From the NCBI GenBank assembly GCA_963761125.1, contig CAVXFV010000007.1, positions 146,786-210,785 on the forward strand: 64,000 nucleotides of DNA. Reading direction: 5' to 3'. Positions within the stretch are counted from its first letter, which is position 1; every line of letters starts with the position of its first letter. The notes under the pieces are model-generated. The model saw only the letters and a list, made by a program, of their open reading frames with translations, had not been told where the DNA came from and did no database searches. Positions 18,982-29,429 of this stretch are shown piece by piece. Both the position numbers and the translations under genes were made by a program. Source of the DNA: Candidatus Latescibacterota bacterium. Its GTDB lineage: Bacteria > Krumholzibacteriota > Krumholzibacteriia > WVZY01 > JAKEHA01.

Positions 18982-19097
18982 CCATTCCTCGTCGCCGTCC
19001 CCGGCGACGACACTTCGATCTCGCGCCTCGCGGGCGTTCGCTGGTAGAGTATCCGCGACCCGTTCCGGAGGGGCGCGAACCCCGCGCCGCGACACCC

Positions 19098-20483
19098 ATG
19101 CTCGATCAACTGCTGCGACCCGAAATCGAAGATCTGCTCGCCTCCGGCGACCTCAAGGAACTCCGTCACCTTCTCGATGTGATGGAGCCGGCGGACATCG
19201 CCACGCTCATCGACGACCTGCCGGACACGAGCGACGCGGTGCTCTTCCGCATCCTCCCGCGCGAGCAGGCGTCGGCCGTGTTCGAGCACCTGTCGCACGA
19301 CAAGCGCGAGGCGCTGGTCGGGGCGATCGCCAACGAACGCGAGCGTCTCGCGGCACTCCTGAACGATCTCCCGCCCGACGATCGTACCGCGTTTCTCGAA
19401 GAACTCCCGGGCGAAGTCGTCCAACGGCTCATTCAGCTGCTCAGTCCGAAAGAGTACGACGTCGCCGTCCGTCTGCTTGGCTATCCGGAAGACAGCGTGG
19501 GCCGACTGATGACCACCGAGTACGTCGCGGTGCGTCCGACCTGGACCGCGGCCGAGGCGCTGCGGCACGTGCGCCGTTTCGGCAAGGACAGCGAGACCAT
19601 CAACGTGCTCTACGTGGTGGAGAAGGGGTGGAAGCTCGTCGACGACATCCGCATCCGCGAGGTGTTGCTCGCCGATCCGCGCACGAAGATCAAGTCGCTG
19701 ATGGACGGTCGCTTCGTGGCACTCCGCGCCAAAGACGACCAGGAGACCGCGGTCAACGCGTTCCGCGAATACGGCCGCGTGGCGCTGCCGGTGACCGACT
19801 CCAACGGCATCCTTGTCGGCATTGTGACGATCGACGACGTGCTCACCGTCGCCGAAGACGAAGCGACCGAAGACATCCAGAAGCTCGGTGGCGTCGAGGC
19901 CCTGGACGAACCGTACGTGACGACGCCGTTCTGGACGCTGATCCGCAAGCGCGCGCGCTGGCTGGTGCTCCTGTTCGTGGGCGAAATGCTGACGGCGACG
20001 GCGATGGCGCACTTCCAGAAGGAGATCGCGCGCGCGGTGGTGCTCGCACTCTTCGTGCCTTTGATCATCTCGTCGGGCGGCAACAGCGGGAGCCAGGCGG
20101 CGAGCCTCATCATCCGCGCGCTCGCAATCGGCGAAGTCGGCCTGCGCGACTGGTGGCGCGTGATGCGGCGCGAGGTGTTCGCGGGGCTCGCACTCGGCAG
20201 CATCCTCGGGATCGTCGGATTTCTGCGCGTCGCCGTGTGGGGCAACGCGTTCGGGACGTACGGTCCGCACGGAATGCTGATCGCGATCACGGTGATGGTT
20301 TCGCTGGTCGGCGTCGTGATGTGGGGAACGCTGGCCGGCTCGATGCTCCCGCTCGTGATGAAGCGCTTCGGGGCCGACCCCGCGGCGTCGTCCGCGCCTT
20401 TCGTCGCCACACTCGTCGACGTCACCGGCCTCGTCATCTACTTCACGGTCGCGGCGATCATTCTGCGCGGGACCTTGCTATGA
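19098..20483 (+). CDS. mgtE: magnesium transporter MgtE
   Basis: MgtE N-domain, CBS pair (YPEDSVGRLMT), GGNSGSQ, DPAASSAPFVATLVDVTG. Confidence 0.96.
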   Translation: MLDQLLRPEIEDLLASGDLKELRHLLDVMEPADIATLIDDLPDTSDAVLFRILPREQASAVFEHLSHDKREALVGAIANERERLAALLNDLPPDDRTAFLEELPGEVVQRLIQLLSPKEYDVAVRLLGYPEDSVGRLMTTEYVAVRPTWTAAEALRHVRRFGKDSETINVLYVVEKGWKLVDDIRIREVLLADPRTKIKSLMDGRFVALRAKDDQETAVNAFREYGRVALPVTDSNGILVGIVTIDDVLTVAEDEATEDIQKLGGVEALDEPYVTTPFWTLIRKRARWLVLLFVGEMLTATAMAHFQKEIARAVVLALFVPLIISSGGNSGSQAASLIIRALAIGEVGLRDWWRVMRREVFAGLALGSILGIVGFLRVAVWGNAFGTYGPHGMLIAITVMVSLVGVVMWGTLAGSMLPLVMKRFGADPAASSAPFVATLVDVTGLVIYFTVAAIILRGTLL

Positions 20484-20538
20484 CGCCCCGAGAACTCAAC
20501 GTGACAAATCGCCGGGCACTGGGCTAATATTCACGCCG

Positions 20539-21555
20539 ATGGCTGAGAAAACACGAATCGCCGTGGTGGGCGCCGGTCACGTCGCCCAGGTGGCCCACAT
20601 TCCCGCCTACCGCGCCAACCCGGAGGTCGAACTCGTCGCGATCGTCGACGACGACCCCGTCAAAGCCCGGCGCATCAAAGAACAATTCGGCTTCCACGAG
20701 TGGTACGAAGACTTCGCCGACATGCTCAAGAAGTCGGACGTCCACGCCGTGGACATCTGCACGCCCAACTACCTGCACGCGCCCATGGCGATCGCCGCAC
20801 TTCGTTCCGGACGCGACGTGTTGTGCGAAAAGCCCTTTGCGCGTACGGCCCAGGAAGCGCAGAAGATGGTCGACACGGCCGACGAGCGCGACCGCATCCT
20901 GATGGTCGCAATGAACAATCGCTTTCGTGAAGACGCGCAGATGCTGCACAAGTTCGTCGGCGGCAAGGAACTCGGTGATGTCCAGATCATCAAGGCGGGG
21001 TGGCTGCGGCGCGCGACCGACTGGAAGGACCGCGCGTGGTTCACCGAGCGCGGGAAAGCCGGTGGCGGCGCGCTGCTCGACCTGGGAACTCCCTTGATCG
21101 ACCTCGCAATCTGGATCTCGGGATTGAAGAAACCGACCGGCGTTTCGTGCAGCGTGTTCGGCAAGAAGGGACGCGACGGCGTGGAAGACTCCGCGTGCGC
21201 GATGGTGCGTTTCGGCGGCGGCGCGTGCCTGATGCTCGAGGTGAACTGGAACCTGCGCGATCCGCGCGACGTCGTCTATCTGCAAATATATGGCAGCAAG
21301 GGCGCGGGCGTCCTGACACCGCTCCAGATCCACAAGTCGTTGCAGGGCGTGCTGGTCAACGTGACCCCGGCGCTCGGAAGGCAGAAGAACTACTATAAGG
21401 AGAGCTACCAGGCGGAGATCGATCACTTCATCCAGTGCGTTCGCAAGCAAAAGACGCCGATGACGTCGGGGCACGATGCCCTCGCCATCATGAAGATCGC
21501 CGACGCCATGTACGAATCCGCGTCGTCCGGCAAAGAGATCGACCTCACCGGATGA
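20539..21555 (+). CDS. Gfo/Idh/MocA family oxidoreductase
   Basis: GAG Rossmann motif, CEKP, GGGALLDLG. Confidence 0.93.
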   Translation: MAEKTRIAVVGAGHVAQVAHIPAYRANPEVELVAIVDDDPVKARRIKEQFGFHEWYEDFADMLKKSDVHAVDICTPNYLHAPMAIAALRSGRDVLCEKPFARTAQEAQKMVDTADERDRILMVAMNNRFREDAQMLHKFVGGKELGDVQIIKAGWLRRATDWKDRAWFTERGKAGGGALLDLGTPLIDLAIWISGLKKPTGVSCSVFGKKGRDGVEDSACAMVRFGGGACLMLEVNWNLRDPRDVVYLQIYGSKGAGVLTPLQIHKSLQGVLVNVTPALGRQKNYYKESYQAEIDHFIQCVRKQKTPMTSGHDALAIMKIADAMYESASSGKEIDLTG

Positions 21556-23141
21556 AATGGCTCCCGGGCAGAATTCTGCCCCCACTCCCGCTCATCGCCC
21601 CCGCAATCCTCTCGGGCGCGCTCATCACCCTGTGTTTCCCGTCGACGTCGCTCGGGCCGGTGTCGTTCTTCGCGCTGGCGCCGATCTTCGTCGCGCTGCT
21701 TCGTCACCGCCCGAGCTGGAGCGAATCGTTCCGCGCGGGTTTCCTGCTGGGGGTCACGTGCTTCGGCACGATGATGTGGTGGATCCTGAGGCTGAGCCCG
21801 GCTGCCGACGCGACCATCCCGCTGCTATCGAAGATCATTCCACATGAATTGATGATGCCGCTCCTGCTGACGCCGGCGCTGATTCTGCTCGCGTCCTACC
21901 TCGCGCTCTATCTGGCGCTCTTCGTGTTTCTCGTTGCCGGTCTGACGCGATGGAGAGTGTCGGCGTTCGTCGTCGCCGCGCCGGCGCTGTGGGTCATGCT
22001 CGAAGTGGCGCGATCGCGAGGCGAACTCGCGTTTCCCTGGGGCGTGCTCGGCTACACGCTGTCGTATCACCCGCCGTTCCTGCAAACCGCCGACCTCTGG
22101 GGCGTGTTCGGCCTCTCGTTTTTGATCGTCCTGGTCAACGCGCTGATCGCCGGACTCGTGGTGGCGCCGGGGCCGCGCGGCAAGGCCGCGTGCGGATTGC
22201 TGGCCTGCCTGGTCGCGGCCGGCATCTTCCTCTATGGAAACGCCGCGATCCCGCGCGCGGAAGCGCTCAAGGGTCCGTCGTTCCGCGTCGCGATCGCGCA
22301 ACCCAACATCGATCTCGCCATCAAATGGAAACCGGAGTTCAAGGACTCCGCGTTCAATCAGATCGACCGGCAGTCGGAGAAGGCGCGCGACGAAGGCGCC
22401 CGCCTGGTGATCTTCCCGGAGACGTGCGCGCCGGTGTATATCGAGAACGCGCCCGCATACAAGAGCCGTCTCATCGGCACGGCCGCGTGGCTGCAGATTC
22501 CGATCTACCTCGGGTTCCTCGACTTTCGCCACAACGGTCCCAATGGTTCGCTCAACATCTTCAATTCCTCGGGGCTGATTCTCCCCGACGGCAGCATCCA
22601 GAAGTACGACAAACGCCACCTCCTGCCGTTCGGCGAAGCGCTGCCGCTCGCGGGTCGTTTCCGCCAGTTGCGCAAGATCGATTTCGGACAGGCGAACTTC
22701 GAACCCGGCCCGCGCCGTGCGCCGCTCGCGACCGGGGAGGCGCGCTTCACGCCGCTGATCTGTTTCGAATCGGTGTTTCCCGATCTGTGCCGCGACGGGG
22801 TCGAAGAGGGCGCGCAGTTCTTCGTGAACATCACCAACGACGGCTGGTTCGGCGATACACCGGGTCCGTATCAGCACGCCCAGATGTGCATCGCGCGCGC
22901 GGTCGAATTCCGCCGTTATCTGGTGCGGAGCGCGAACTCGGGCGTGTCGATGATCGTGGCCCCGACCGGAGAGGTCGTCGGGCGGTTGGGACTGTACAAG
23001 GAAGGCGTGCTGACGCAGGACATCACCCTGCTCGGCGGCCACACGGTGTACGAGCGCCACGGCGATACGCCACTCCTCTTCGCGAGCCTCGGCCTGATCG
23101 TCCTCGGCGGGCTCCTCGCGCGCCGTGCTCCCACGGCTTAA
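21552..23141 (+). CDS. lnt: apolipoprotein N-acyltransferase
   Basis: FPW, QPNI, FPE, YDKRHLLPFGE, ICFES, TNDGWF, RSANSGVS. Confidence 0.95.
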   Translation: MKWLPGRILPPLPLIAPAILSGALITLCFPSTSLGPVSFFALAPIFVALLRHRPSWSESFRAGFLLGVTCFGTMMWWILRLSPAADATIPLLSKIIPHELMMPLLLTPALILLASYLALYLALFVFLVAGLTRWRVSAFVVAAPALWVMLEVARSRGELAFPWGVLGYTLSYHPPFLQTADLWGVFGLSFLIVLVNALIAGLVVAPGPRGKAACGLLACLVAAGIFLYGNAAIPRAEALKGPSFRVAIAQPNIDLAIKWKPEFKDSAFNQIDRQSEKARDEGARLVIFPETCAPVYIENAPAYKSRLIGTAAWLQIPIYLGFLDFRHNGPNGSLNIFNSSGLILPDGSIQKYDKRHLLPFGEALPLAGRFRQLRKIDFGQANFEPGPRRAPLATGEARFTPLICFESVFPDLCRDGVEEGAQFFVNITNDGWFGDTPGPYQHAQMCIARAVEFRRYLVRSANSGVSMIVAPTGEVVGRLGLYKEGVLTQDITLLGGHTVYERHGDTPLLFASLGLIVLGGLLARRAPTA

Positions 23142-23148
23142 GTAGCTG

Positions 23149-23177
23149 TTGTGCGCGGGCTTGCGGGGCGCTATTAT
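23149..23177 (+). promoter_or_regulatory. sigma70-type promoter for panD
   Basis: TTGTGC-N17-TATTAT. Confidence 0.45.
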
Positions 23178-23206
23178 AGCCCCCGGAGGTGAGCCGGCAG
23201 GCACAC

Positions 23207-23572
23207 ATGGACCTACTTCTCCTCAAATCCAAGATCCACCAGGCGACCGTCACCGGCGTCGACATGAACTACGAGGGCAGCATCGTCATCGACGCCGCGT
23301 TGATGGAGGAAGTCGGCCTGCTCCGGTACGAAAAGGTCCTGGTCGCCAACATGAATACCGGCGACCGGTTCGAGACCTACGCCATTCCGGGCCCCGCGCG
23401 CTCGGGGCGGATCGAGCTCAACGGTGCCACCGCGCGCCTCGGCCAGGTCGGCGACCGCGTGATTGTCTTTTCATTCGCCCAGGTCTCCGAGGCGGACGCT
23501 CGCACCCACGTTCCGCGGATCGTTCTTCTCGACGAAGAAAACCACGTCGTTCGGCGCTCGTTCGTCGCGTGA
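23207..23572 (+). CDS. panD: aspartate 1-decarboxylase
   Basis: KSKIHQATVT, YEGSI self-cleavage site, RFETYAI, LNGATAR. Confidence 0.96.
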   Translation: MDLLLLKSKIHQATVTGVDMNYEGSIVIDAALMEEVGLLRYEKVLVANMNTGDRFETYAIPGPARSGRIELNGATARLGQVGDRVIVFSFAQVSEADARTHVPRIVLLDEENHVVRRSFVA

Positions 23573-23613
23573 CGGCGACGCCGGGTGACCTCGACGGACT
23601 TTCGATCGGTCCC

Positions 23614-24814
23614 ATGACACAGAAACGTTACCTCGACCAGCCCTACGAAACGGCGTTCGAGGCCGAAGTTGTTTCTGCGTGGCCGCTCGACGATGGCACC
23701 GGCCACGCGGTCGTGCTGGACCGCACGCTGTTCTATCCGGAATCGGGCGGGCAGTTGCCGGACGCCGGCGTGCTGTCGGGCGCAGCGGTCGTCGACGTCC
23801 AGGAGTCGAAGGACGACGCCGTCGTGCATTCGATCCGCGCGGACGCGCCCCCGTCGGGCGTCGTTCGCGGGACGATCGACTGGAATCGCCGCTTCGATCA
23901 CATGCAGCAGCACACCGGCCAGCACGTGCTCTCCCGCGCGTTCATTACCACTGGCGACCTGCACACGGTGTCGTTTCACATGGGAGAAGAAACCTGCACC
24001 ATCGACCTCGAGGGGTCAGGATTCGACGAGAGCGCCATCCGCCGGGCCGAAGATCTCGCCAACCAGGTCATCGCGGAAAACCTCGCCGATCGACATCACC
24101 ACCATGCCGGTCGCCGAACTCGACCGGCTCAATCTGCGGCGCAAGGTGCCCGACGGCGTCGTCGAGGCGCGGATCGTGTCGGTCCGCGAGTTCGACGTGA
24201 TCCCGTGTTGCGGCACGCACGTGCGTTCGACGGGGGAACTCGGACTGGTCAAAGTTGTCAAAAGCGAGAAGGTCAAACAGTGCCAGCGCGTTCATTTCCG
24301 CGTGGGTCTGCGCGCGCTCGACGACTACCGGGATAAGCACGCGATCGTGCAGACGCTTTCGACGCGGCTGACGACGTCGCCGGCCGACGTCGTCGCGAAA
24401 GTCGAGCGCCTCGTGCAGGAGGCGCAGGCGGGGGTGAAGCGCGCGAAGACGCTGGTGCAGCGGCTCGCGGCCGCGGACAAGGATAGGCTTATCGGTGCGG
24501 CGCCCTCGCTGGGGTCGACGCGCGTGGTCGTTTATCGCGACGCGGACGCGACGTACGCGCGCGCGCTCGCTACCGAATTACAGGGAGAAACGTCCGTGGT
24601 GGCGATTCTCGGCGCCGACGACGGTACCGTCGTATGTGTGGCGTCGCGCGACGTCTCGCTCGACCTGGCCACGTCGGCGGCGAGTATCGCGCGCGAACTC
24701 GGCGGATCGGGCGGAGGCAAAGGCGGTTTCGCGCAATTGAAACTCCCCGACGCTTCGCGCCTGGATGACCTCATGGGAAGGATCGACGCATATGTTCGCT
24801 CGCAACTGGCGTAA
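23614..24814 (+). CDS. alanyl-tRNA editing protein (AlaX with DHHA1 domain), frameshift near 24085
   Basis: FYPESGGQ..D, HMQQHTGQH, CCGTH, GGSGGGK; the two ORF halves join at ENL|PIDI with one extra base. Confidence 0.85.
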
Positions 24815-25541
24815 GGTGCTCGCGGCGGCCGGGATGGTGGCCGCGGCGGCCGTCTTCACCGCCACCAGCCCGATGCAGAAGGCCAAACCGGCCACCGTGA
24901 AGTCGGAGACGCACATGCGTTACCGGATCGTGCAGCAGGAGCGTGAAATCGGCGGAGAGTCCCTGGTGCAACGCGTGTACGACAACAACACGGTCTCGTT
25001 CGACATGGAGAACCGGATCGGCACGATGGGCGCGGTCATGATCCAGAAAGGTCACCTGAACCTCGAGGAGGAGACGTATTTCCCGCTCGACTATACGGTC
25101 GACAAGACCGTGGCCCAGCCGGCGGATACGCTGCGCCTGACGTTTACCGCCGACATGGTGTCCAACGTTGCGGTTCTCAGCAGCGACCATGCCGGCCTGA
25201 AGGACACGCGCCGGGTGGTGGTGCCGACCGGCGCCGCCGTCTACGAATCGGGAACGGTGCTCTTCTGGTACGAAGTGTTGCCGACGATCAGCGCCGATTC
25301 CAAGGGCCGTCACCGCTTCGATTGGGTGGATCCGACGACCGCCAAGGTGGAAAGCGGCGAAATCTACGTCGACGGCCAGGAGACCATCCCGGTCCTCGGG
25401 AAAAAAACCGCGGTCACGGTGTTCAAAGCAGAGCGCGAACGCCTCGGGCCCGCGACCCTGTGGGTGGATGGCCAGCGGCGGATCGTCCGCTGCGAGCAGA
25501 ACCTGACGACATTTGAATTGGTTGAGTGGTCGGAAAAATAG
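24792..25541 (+). CDS. hypothetical secreted beta-rich protein (DUF3108-like)
   Basis: Signal peptide; C-terminal ETIPVLGKK...LWVD pattern. Confidence 0.6.
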   Translation: MFARNWRKVLAAAGMVAAAAVFTATSPMQKAKPATVKSETHMRYRIVQQEREIGGESLVQRVYDNNTVSFDMENRIGTMGAVMIQKGHLNLEEETYFPLDYTVDKTVAQPADTLRLTFTADMVSNVAVLSSDHAGLKDTRRVVVPTGAAVYESGTVLFWYEVLPTISADSKGRHRFDWVDPTTAKVESGEIYVDGQETIPVLGKKTAVTVFKAERERLGPATLWVDGQRRIVRCEQNLTTFELVEWSEK

Positions 25542-25560
25542 TGTCCCTGGAGCGTAACCG

Positions 25561-26838
25561 ATGAAAGTCCTGAAGCCGAACACGGCGGCCCTTGCCGCCC
25601 TTGCCGTCGCCGCCATCGTTCTCGCCGGAGGCTGCGCCAGGAAACAGGCGCAGTACGAGACCAACCTCCTCAAGAACGGATCGTTCGAAGATGGCGGCAC
25701 CGACGGCGTTCCGACGGGCTGGAAGCTGACGCCCTTCCGCGGCGCCGAAGGCGATTCCGAAGTACGCCACGCGATCGACGACGCGACCGCGGCGGACGGC
25801 AAGCGGTCGTTCACCTTCTCGGCGGATCCGGGAACGCGGAAATTCTACATCCTGACCCAGGAGGTGGAGGTTCCCGAAGACGCGACCCACGTCCGGCTCA
25901 AGGGCTCGATGCAGCTCCAGGACGTCGAACTGCGCATGGACCAGAACTCCCAGTGCAACTTCCTGCTGACGTTCTACGACAAGGACCACAATCGATTTCA
26001 GGAAATGCGCGTCGCCGACAAACGCACGCGGCTGCGCACGGGCTCGCAGCTCTGGTCGGAGGAGGACTGGTCGTTCCGCCTGCCCAAAGGCACGCGCTAC
26101 GTGGAGGTCGGTTGCATCCTGGGTATGAACGGGCAGGTGTGGTTCGACAACGTGTCCCTGGTGGTGCCGAAGCCGATCCCGTGGGAGACGGCGACCACGA
26201 AGAATTATGTATTCCACTGGTTGCCCGGCCACCCGATGCCGCAGGGATCGCAGGAGTCGCAACAGCAGATCTTCGACTCCGTGACCAAGAAGCTGGGTGT
26301 GACGACCGACGTCGTCATCAATTATTTCTTCTACCCGGACACCACGACGATTCGCAAGATTCTCGGGCTCAAGGGCTATCAGTACGTGAGCTGGGACGAC
26401 TACGAATTCCATTCGATCAATCCCAACGAGAATCACGAGGTGATTCATTTCATCACCGACCCCGCCGGTCGCCCGCCACGGTCGATCGCCGAAGGCACCG
26501 CGTTCTGGGTTCTCGACGACTGGAAGGGTCAGACGATTGACGAGGCGGTCGGGAAACTGGTGAAAGCGAAGGCGCTCCCGAGTCTCCGGCAGCTGATCGA
26601 CTACAACTCGATGGCACTCCTCGACCCGGACCAATCCATGCCCGCCGCGGCGTCGTTCGTGGCGTTTCTCGTGGATCGGTTCGGGACGAAAAAGCTGATG
26701 GATCTGTACACCGCCGCGAACGGTATGAACGCCTATGATGGATTCGCGGTGGTGTTCGAGCGCGTGTACGGCGTCTCGGCGGCGGACGCCGAATCGGCAT
26801 GGCACGAGCGCCTCAAGACGAAATTCCGGAAAAAGTGA
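25561..26838 (+). CDS. lipoprotein with CBM-like jelly-roll domain and gluzincin (MA-clan) peptidase domain
   Basis: Lipobox AGGC; NLLKNGSFE...VWFDNVSL; HEVIH...IAEG. Confidence 0.72.
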   Translation: MKVLKPNTAALAALAVAAIVLAGGCARKQAQYETNLLKNGSFEDGGTDGVPTGWKLTPFRGAEGDSEVRHAIDDATAADGKRSFTFSADPGTRKFYILTQEVEVPEDATHVRLKGSMQLQDVELRMDQNSQCNFLLTFYDKDHNRFQEMRVADKRTRLRTGSQLWSEEDWSFRLPKGTRYVEVGCILGMNGQVWFDNVSLVVPKPIPWETATTKNYVFHWLPGHPMPQGSQESQQQIFDSVTKKLGVTTDVVINYFFYPDTTTIRKILGLKGYQYVSWDDYEFHSINPNENHEVIHFITDPAGRPPRSIAEGTAFWVLDDWKGQTIDEAVGKLVKAKALPSLRQLIDYNSMALLDPDQSMPAAASFVAFLVDRFGTKKLMDLYTAANGMNAYDGFAVVFERVYGVSAADAESAWHERLKTKFRKK

Positions 26839-27335
26839 GCGAAGAGCCTCGCTTCTGCCCCCGATGCGGGGGCCCGCTGTCCCCGCAACCGCGCGACGGC
26901 CACATCCGCCCGGTGTGCGACCGCTGCGGGTTCGTGGTCTATCGTAACCCCGCGCCGGCGGCGGGCGTGATCCTCGTCGAAGACGGCGCCGTGCTGCTGG
27001 TGCGCAGGAAGTTCGAACCGCGTCAGGGTCTGTGGACGCTGCCCGCGGGGTTCGTCGAATACGACGAGCACATCACCGAGTGCGCGGTGCGCGAAACGAA
27101 AGAGGAGACCAACCTCGAGGTCGAACTCGTCCGGCTGTTCGGCGCCTACATGGCGATGGACGACCCGCGCACGCGGGTCGTCCTGCTTCTGTATCTGGCC
27201 AGGCGGGTCGGGGGAGAATTGTCTCCGGGAGACGACGCCGAAGAGGCGCGCTTCTTCGCGCTGGATGCCACGCTGCCGGAGATCGCGTTCAAGGCGCACG
27301 TCCAGGCGCTCGCCGACCTCCGCGCGTCGCGGTAG
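26835..27335 (+). CDS. NUDIX hydrolase with zinc ribbon
   Basis: CPRC/CDRC; Nudix box GFVEYDEHITECAVRETKEET. Confidence 0.92.
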   Translation: MSEEPRFCPRCGGPLSPQPRDGHIRPVCDRCGFVVYRNPAPAAGVILVEDGAVLLVRRKFEPRQGLWTLPAGFVEYDEHITECAVRETKEETNLEVELVRLFGAYMAMDDPRTRVVLLLYLARRVGGELSPGDDAEEARFFALDATLPEIAFKAHVQALADLRASR

Positions 27336-27367
27336 GCGGCTACCGTGCGGCGGGCGGCGTCGTCGGC

Positions 27368-29362
27368 TTAGTCGACGACGCGCACGTTGAACGTATCGCC
27401 GCGGTCGATCTTCCACACCGCATCCATCCCCTTCGTCACCCGTCCGAAGATCGTGTAGCGGCCGTCGAGGCGCGGCTGCGGCGAGAGCGTGATGAACCAC
27501 TGGCAACTTCCGGTGTCCTTGCCGGAGTCGGCGATCCCAAGATATCCCTCGTCGAAGTGATAACGCGAGACTTCGGCCGGAATGGTGAAGCCGGCGTCGC
27601 CGTTGCCGTCGCCGCGAGGATCGCCTCCCTGGATCACGAAGTTGGGCACGACGCGGTGCACGGTCAATCCCTTGTAGAAGCCCTTCTTTGCCCACTCCAT
27701 GAAACTGGCGACGGTCTGGATCGCGTCGTCGCCGAACAACTCCACCGCGATGTCGCCGCTCGACGTCGTGATCACCGCGTGGTGCAGCCCCGACGGGGGG
27801 GCCAGCACTTTGCGGCGCGTGCGGTCGAAGGCCTGCTGGTGGAACTCGCGATCGCCGGGGACGGCGGGCACGGGTTTGCCCATCTTCGTCAGGGCGTCGA
27901 CGGCCGCGGCGCGAACGCGAGCGTCGGGGTGAGACGCCGCATCCACGAGCAGGCTCTCCGCTTCCACGGCCATCATCTGGCCGAGCACGTTGACGACCTC
28001 GATCTGCACGTCGACGAACTGGCGTTCGTCGTGCGCGTCGTACGCTTCCATCAGGACGGGGATCGCGTCCCGGTATTCCTGCTGGCCGATCGCGTCGACC
28101 GTTGCGACGACGACCGTGAAGTCCGGGTCCCGAAGATGGGGCGGCAACAGCGGAGGCACCGTGGAATCCTTGAGTTTGGCGAGCGCATTGATTGCCGCCA
28201 CGCGCATCATCGGATCCTTGTCGCCGCTCGCGATTCGGTCGAGTTCCGGCACCCGGGTCGTCAATCCGGCGACGCCGTAGCATTCGATGGCTTCGGCGCG
28301 CACCAGCCGGGATCCGTCGCGCCGCGCCTCGTCGACGAACATCTCACTCTTCTCGCCCATGCACGTGGCGAGCGCCCGGACCGAATTCGCGCGCACCAGC
28401 ACACTGGTATCCAGCAGTCCCTGCATCAGGGCGTCGCGGCCGTTCTTGTCGCCGATCTTCTCCAGCGCTTCCGCCGCCGCAGCGCGCACTTCGAGCGACT
28501 TGTGTGATCGCAACAGGTCGCCAATCGGTTGCACCGCGTCCTTGGCCACGATCTCGCCGAGTGCACGCGTGGCGTTGATCACCACGTGCACATCATCGTC
28601 GCGGAGCGCATGAATGAGCGACTTGGACGCGTTGCGGCACGACAGTTTCCCCAGCGCTTCCGCCGCCACCGCACGAATGTGAGCGTCGTCGTCCGCGAGG
28701 AAGCCCTCCAGTGTGGCGCAGGTACGGGGCTCGACATCCTGCTTCTCCAGCGCGTAGATGGCCCAGCGGCGGACGATCGGATCGGGGTCGTGTATCACAA
28801 GCATGAGCTCTCCGGCCACGCTCGCATTCTTGTTACGCGCGAGGGCCAGCGCCGCGGCGGTGCGCACGCTGGAATTGAAGTTACGCAACAAATCGACCAG
28901 CGCTTCGATGGCGTCATCGCCGCCAAGCTTGCCCAGCGCTTCGGCGATCACCGCCATGTCCTCGGCGGTTGCACCCGTGCGCGCCGCCAGTAGCGGCGCC
29001 ACCGCGTCGCGATTCCCGATCTGGCCGAGCGTGAACACGGCTTCGCGGAAGATGTCGCGGTTCTTGGCCTTCAGGAGCGGCGTCACGCGCGCCGCGTCCG
29101 ACGGATCCTGAATGCGGCCGATCGCCTCCAGGGTGCGGCGCTGGACCAGCGGCGTACCCTCCTTGAGGTACTCGAAGATCTTGCCGTCCCCGGTCACACG
29201 CTGATCCTCCCAGAGGGCGAGGTTGCGAAGCGTGTCCTGTCCCGCGGATGTTGCCAGCAGCGGCGCGTAGCGGCTCGGGCCGGCATGAACGTCGGTCATC
29301 GCGAACGTCGCGACGACGGTGAGCACGGAGACGATTGAAAAAAGGCGGAGTCGTAGTGTCAT
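27368..29362 (-). CDS. secreted HEAT-repeat protein with C-terminal cyclophilin-type peptidyl-prolyl isomerase
   Basis: Many HEAT repeats (VRAAAAEALEKIG); FYKGLTVHRVVPNFVIQGGDP; LDGRYTIFG. Confidence 0.92.
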   Translation of the reverse strand: MTLRLRLFSIVSVLTVVATFAMTDVHAGPSRYAPLLATSAGQDTLRNLALWEDQRVTGDGKIFEYLKEGTPLVQRRTLEAIGRIQDPSDAARVTPLLKAKNRDIFREAVFTLGQIGNRDAVAPLLAARTGATAEDMAVIAEALGKLGGDDAIEALVDLLRNFNSSVRTAAALALARNKNASVAGELMLVIHDPDPIVRRWAIYALEKQDVEPRTCATLEGFLADDDAHIRAVAAEALGKLSCRNASKSLIHALRDDDVHVVINATRALGEIVAKDAVQPIGDLLRSHKSLEVRAAAAEALEKIGDKNGRDALMQGLLDTSVLVRANSVRALATCMGEKSEMFVDEARRDGSRLVRAEAIECYGVAGLTTRVPELDRIASGDKDPMMRVAAINALAKLKDSTVPPLLPPHLRDPDFTVVVATVDAIGQQEYRDAIPVLMEAYDAHDERQFVDVQIEVVNVLGQMMAVEAESLLVDAASHPDARVRAAAVDALTKMGKPVPAVPGDREFHQQAFDRTRRKVLAPPSGLHHAVITTSSGDIAVELFGDDAIQTVASFMEWAKKGFYKGLTVHRVVPNFVIQGGDPRGDGNGDAGFTIPAEVSRYHFDEGYLGIADSGKDTGSCQWFITLSPQPRLDGRYTIFGRVTKGMDAVWKIDRGDTFNVRVVD

Positions 29363-29429
29363 GCCGCGATGCTTCCACCGCGCGCCGGTTCGTGTCAATG
29401 CCAACGTGCGTGGCGAGGATTGGGGCCGG

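Noticed and set aside
17904-20483. 859-aa MgtE with a long N-terminal extension
   Set aside because: The extension is an off-frame read through the sigma54 activator; MgtE starts at 19098
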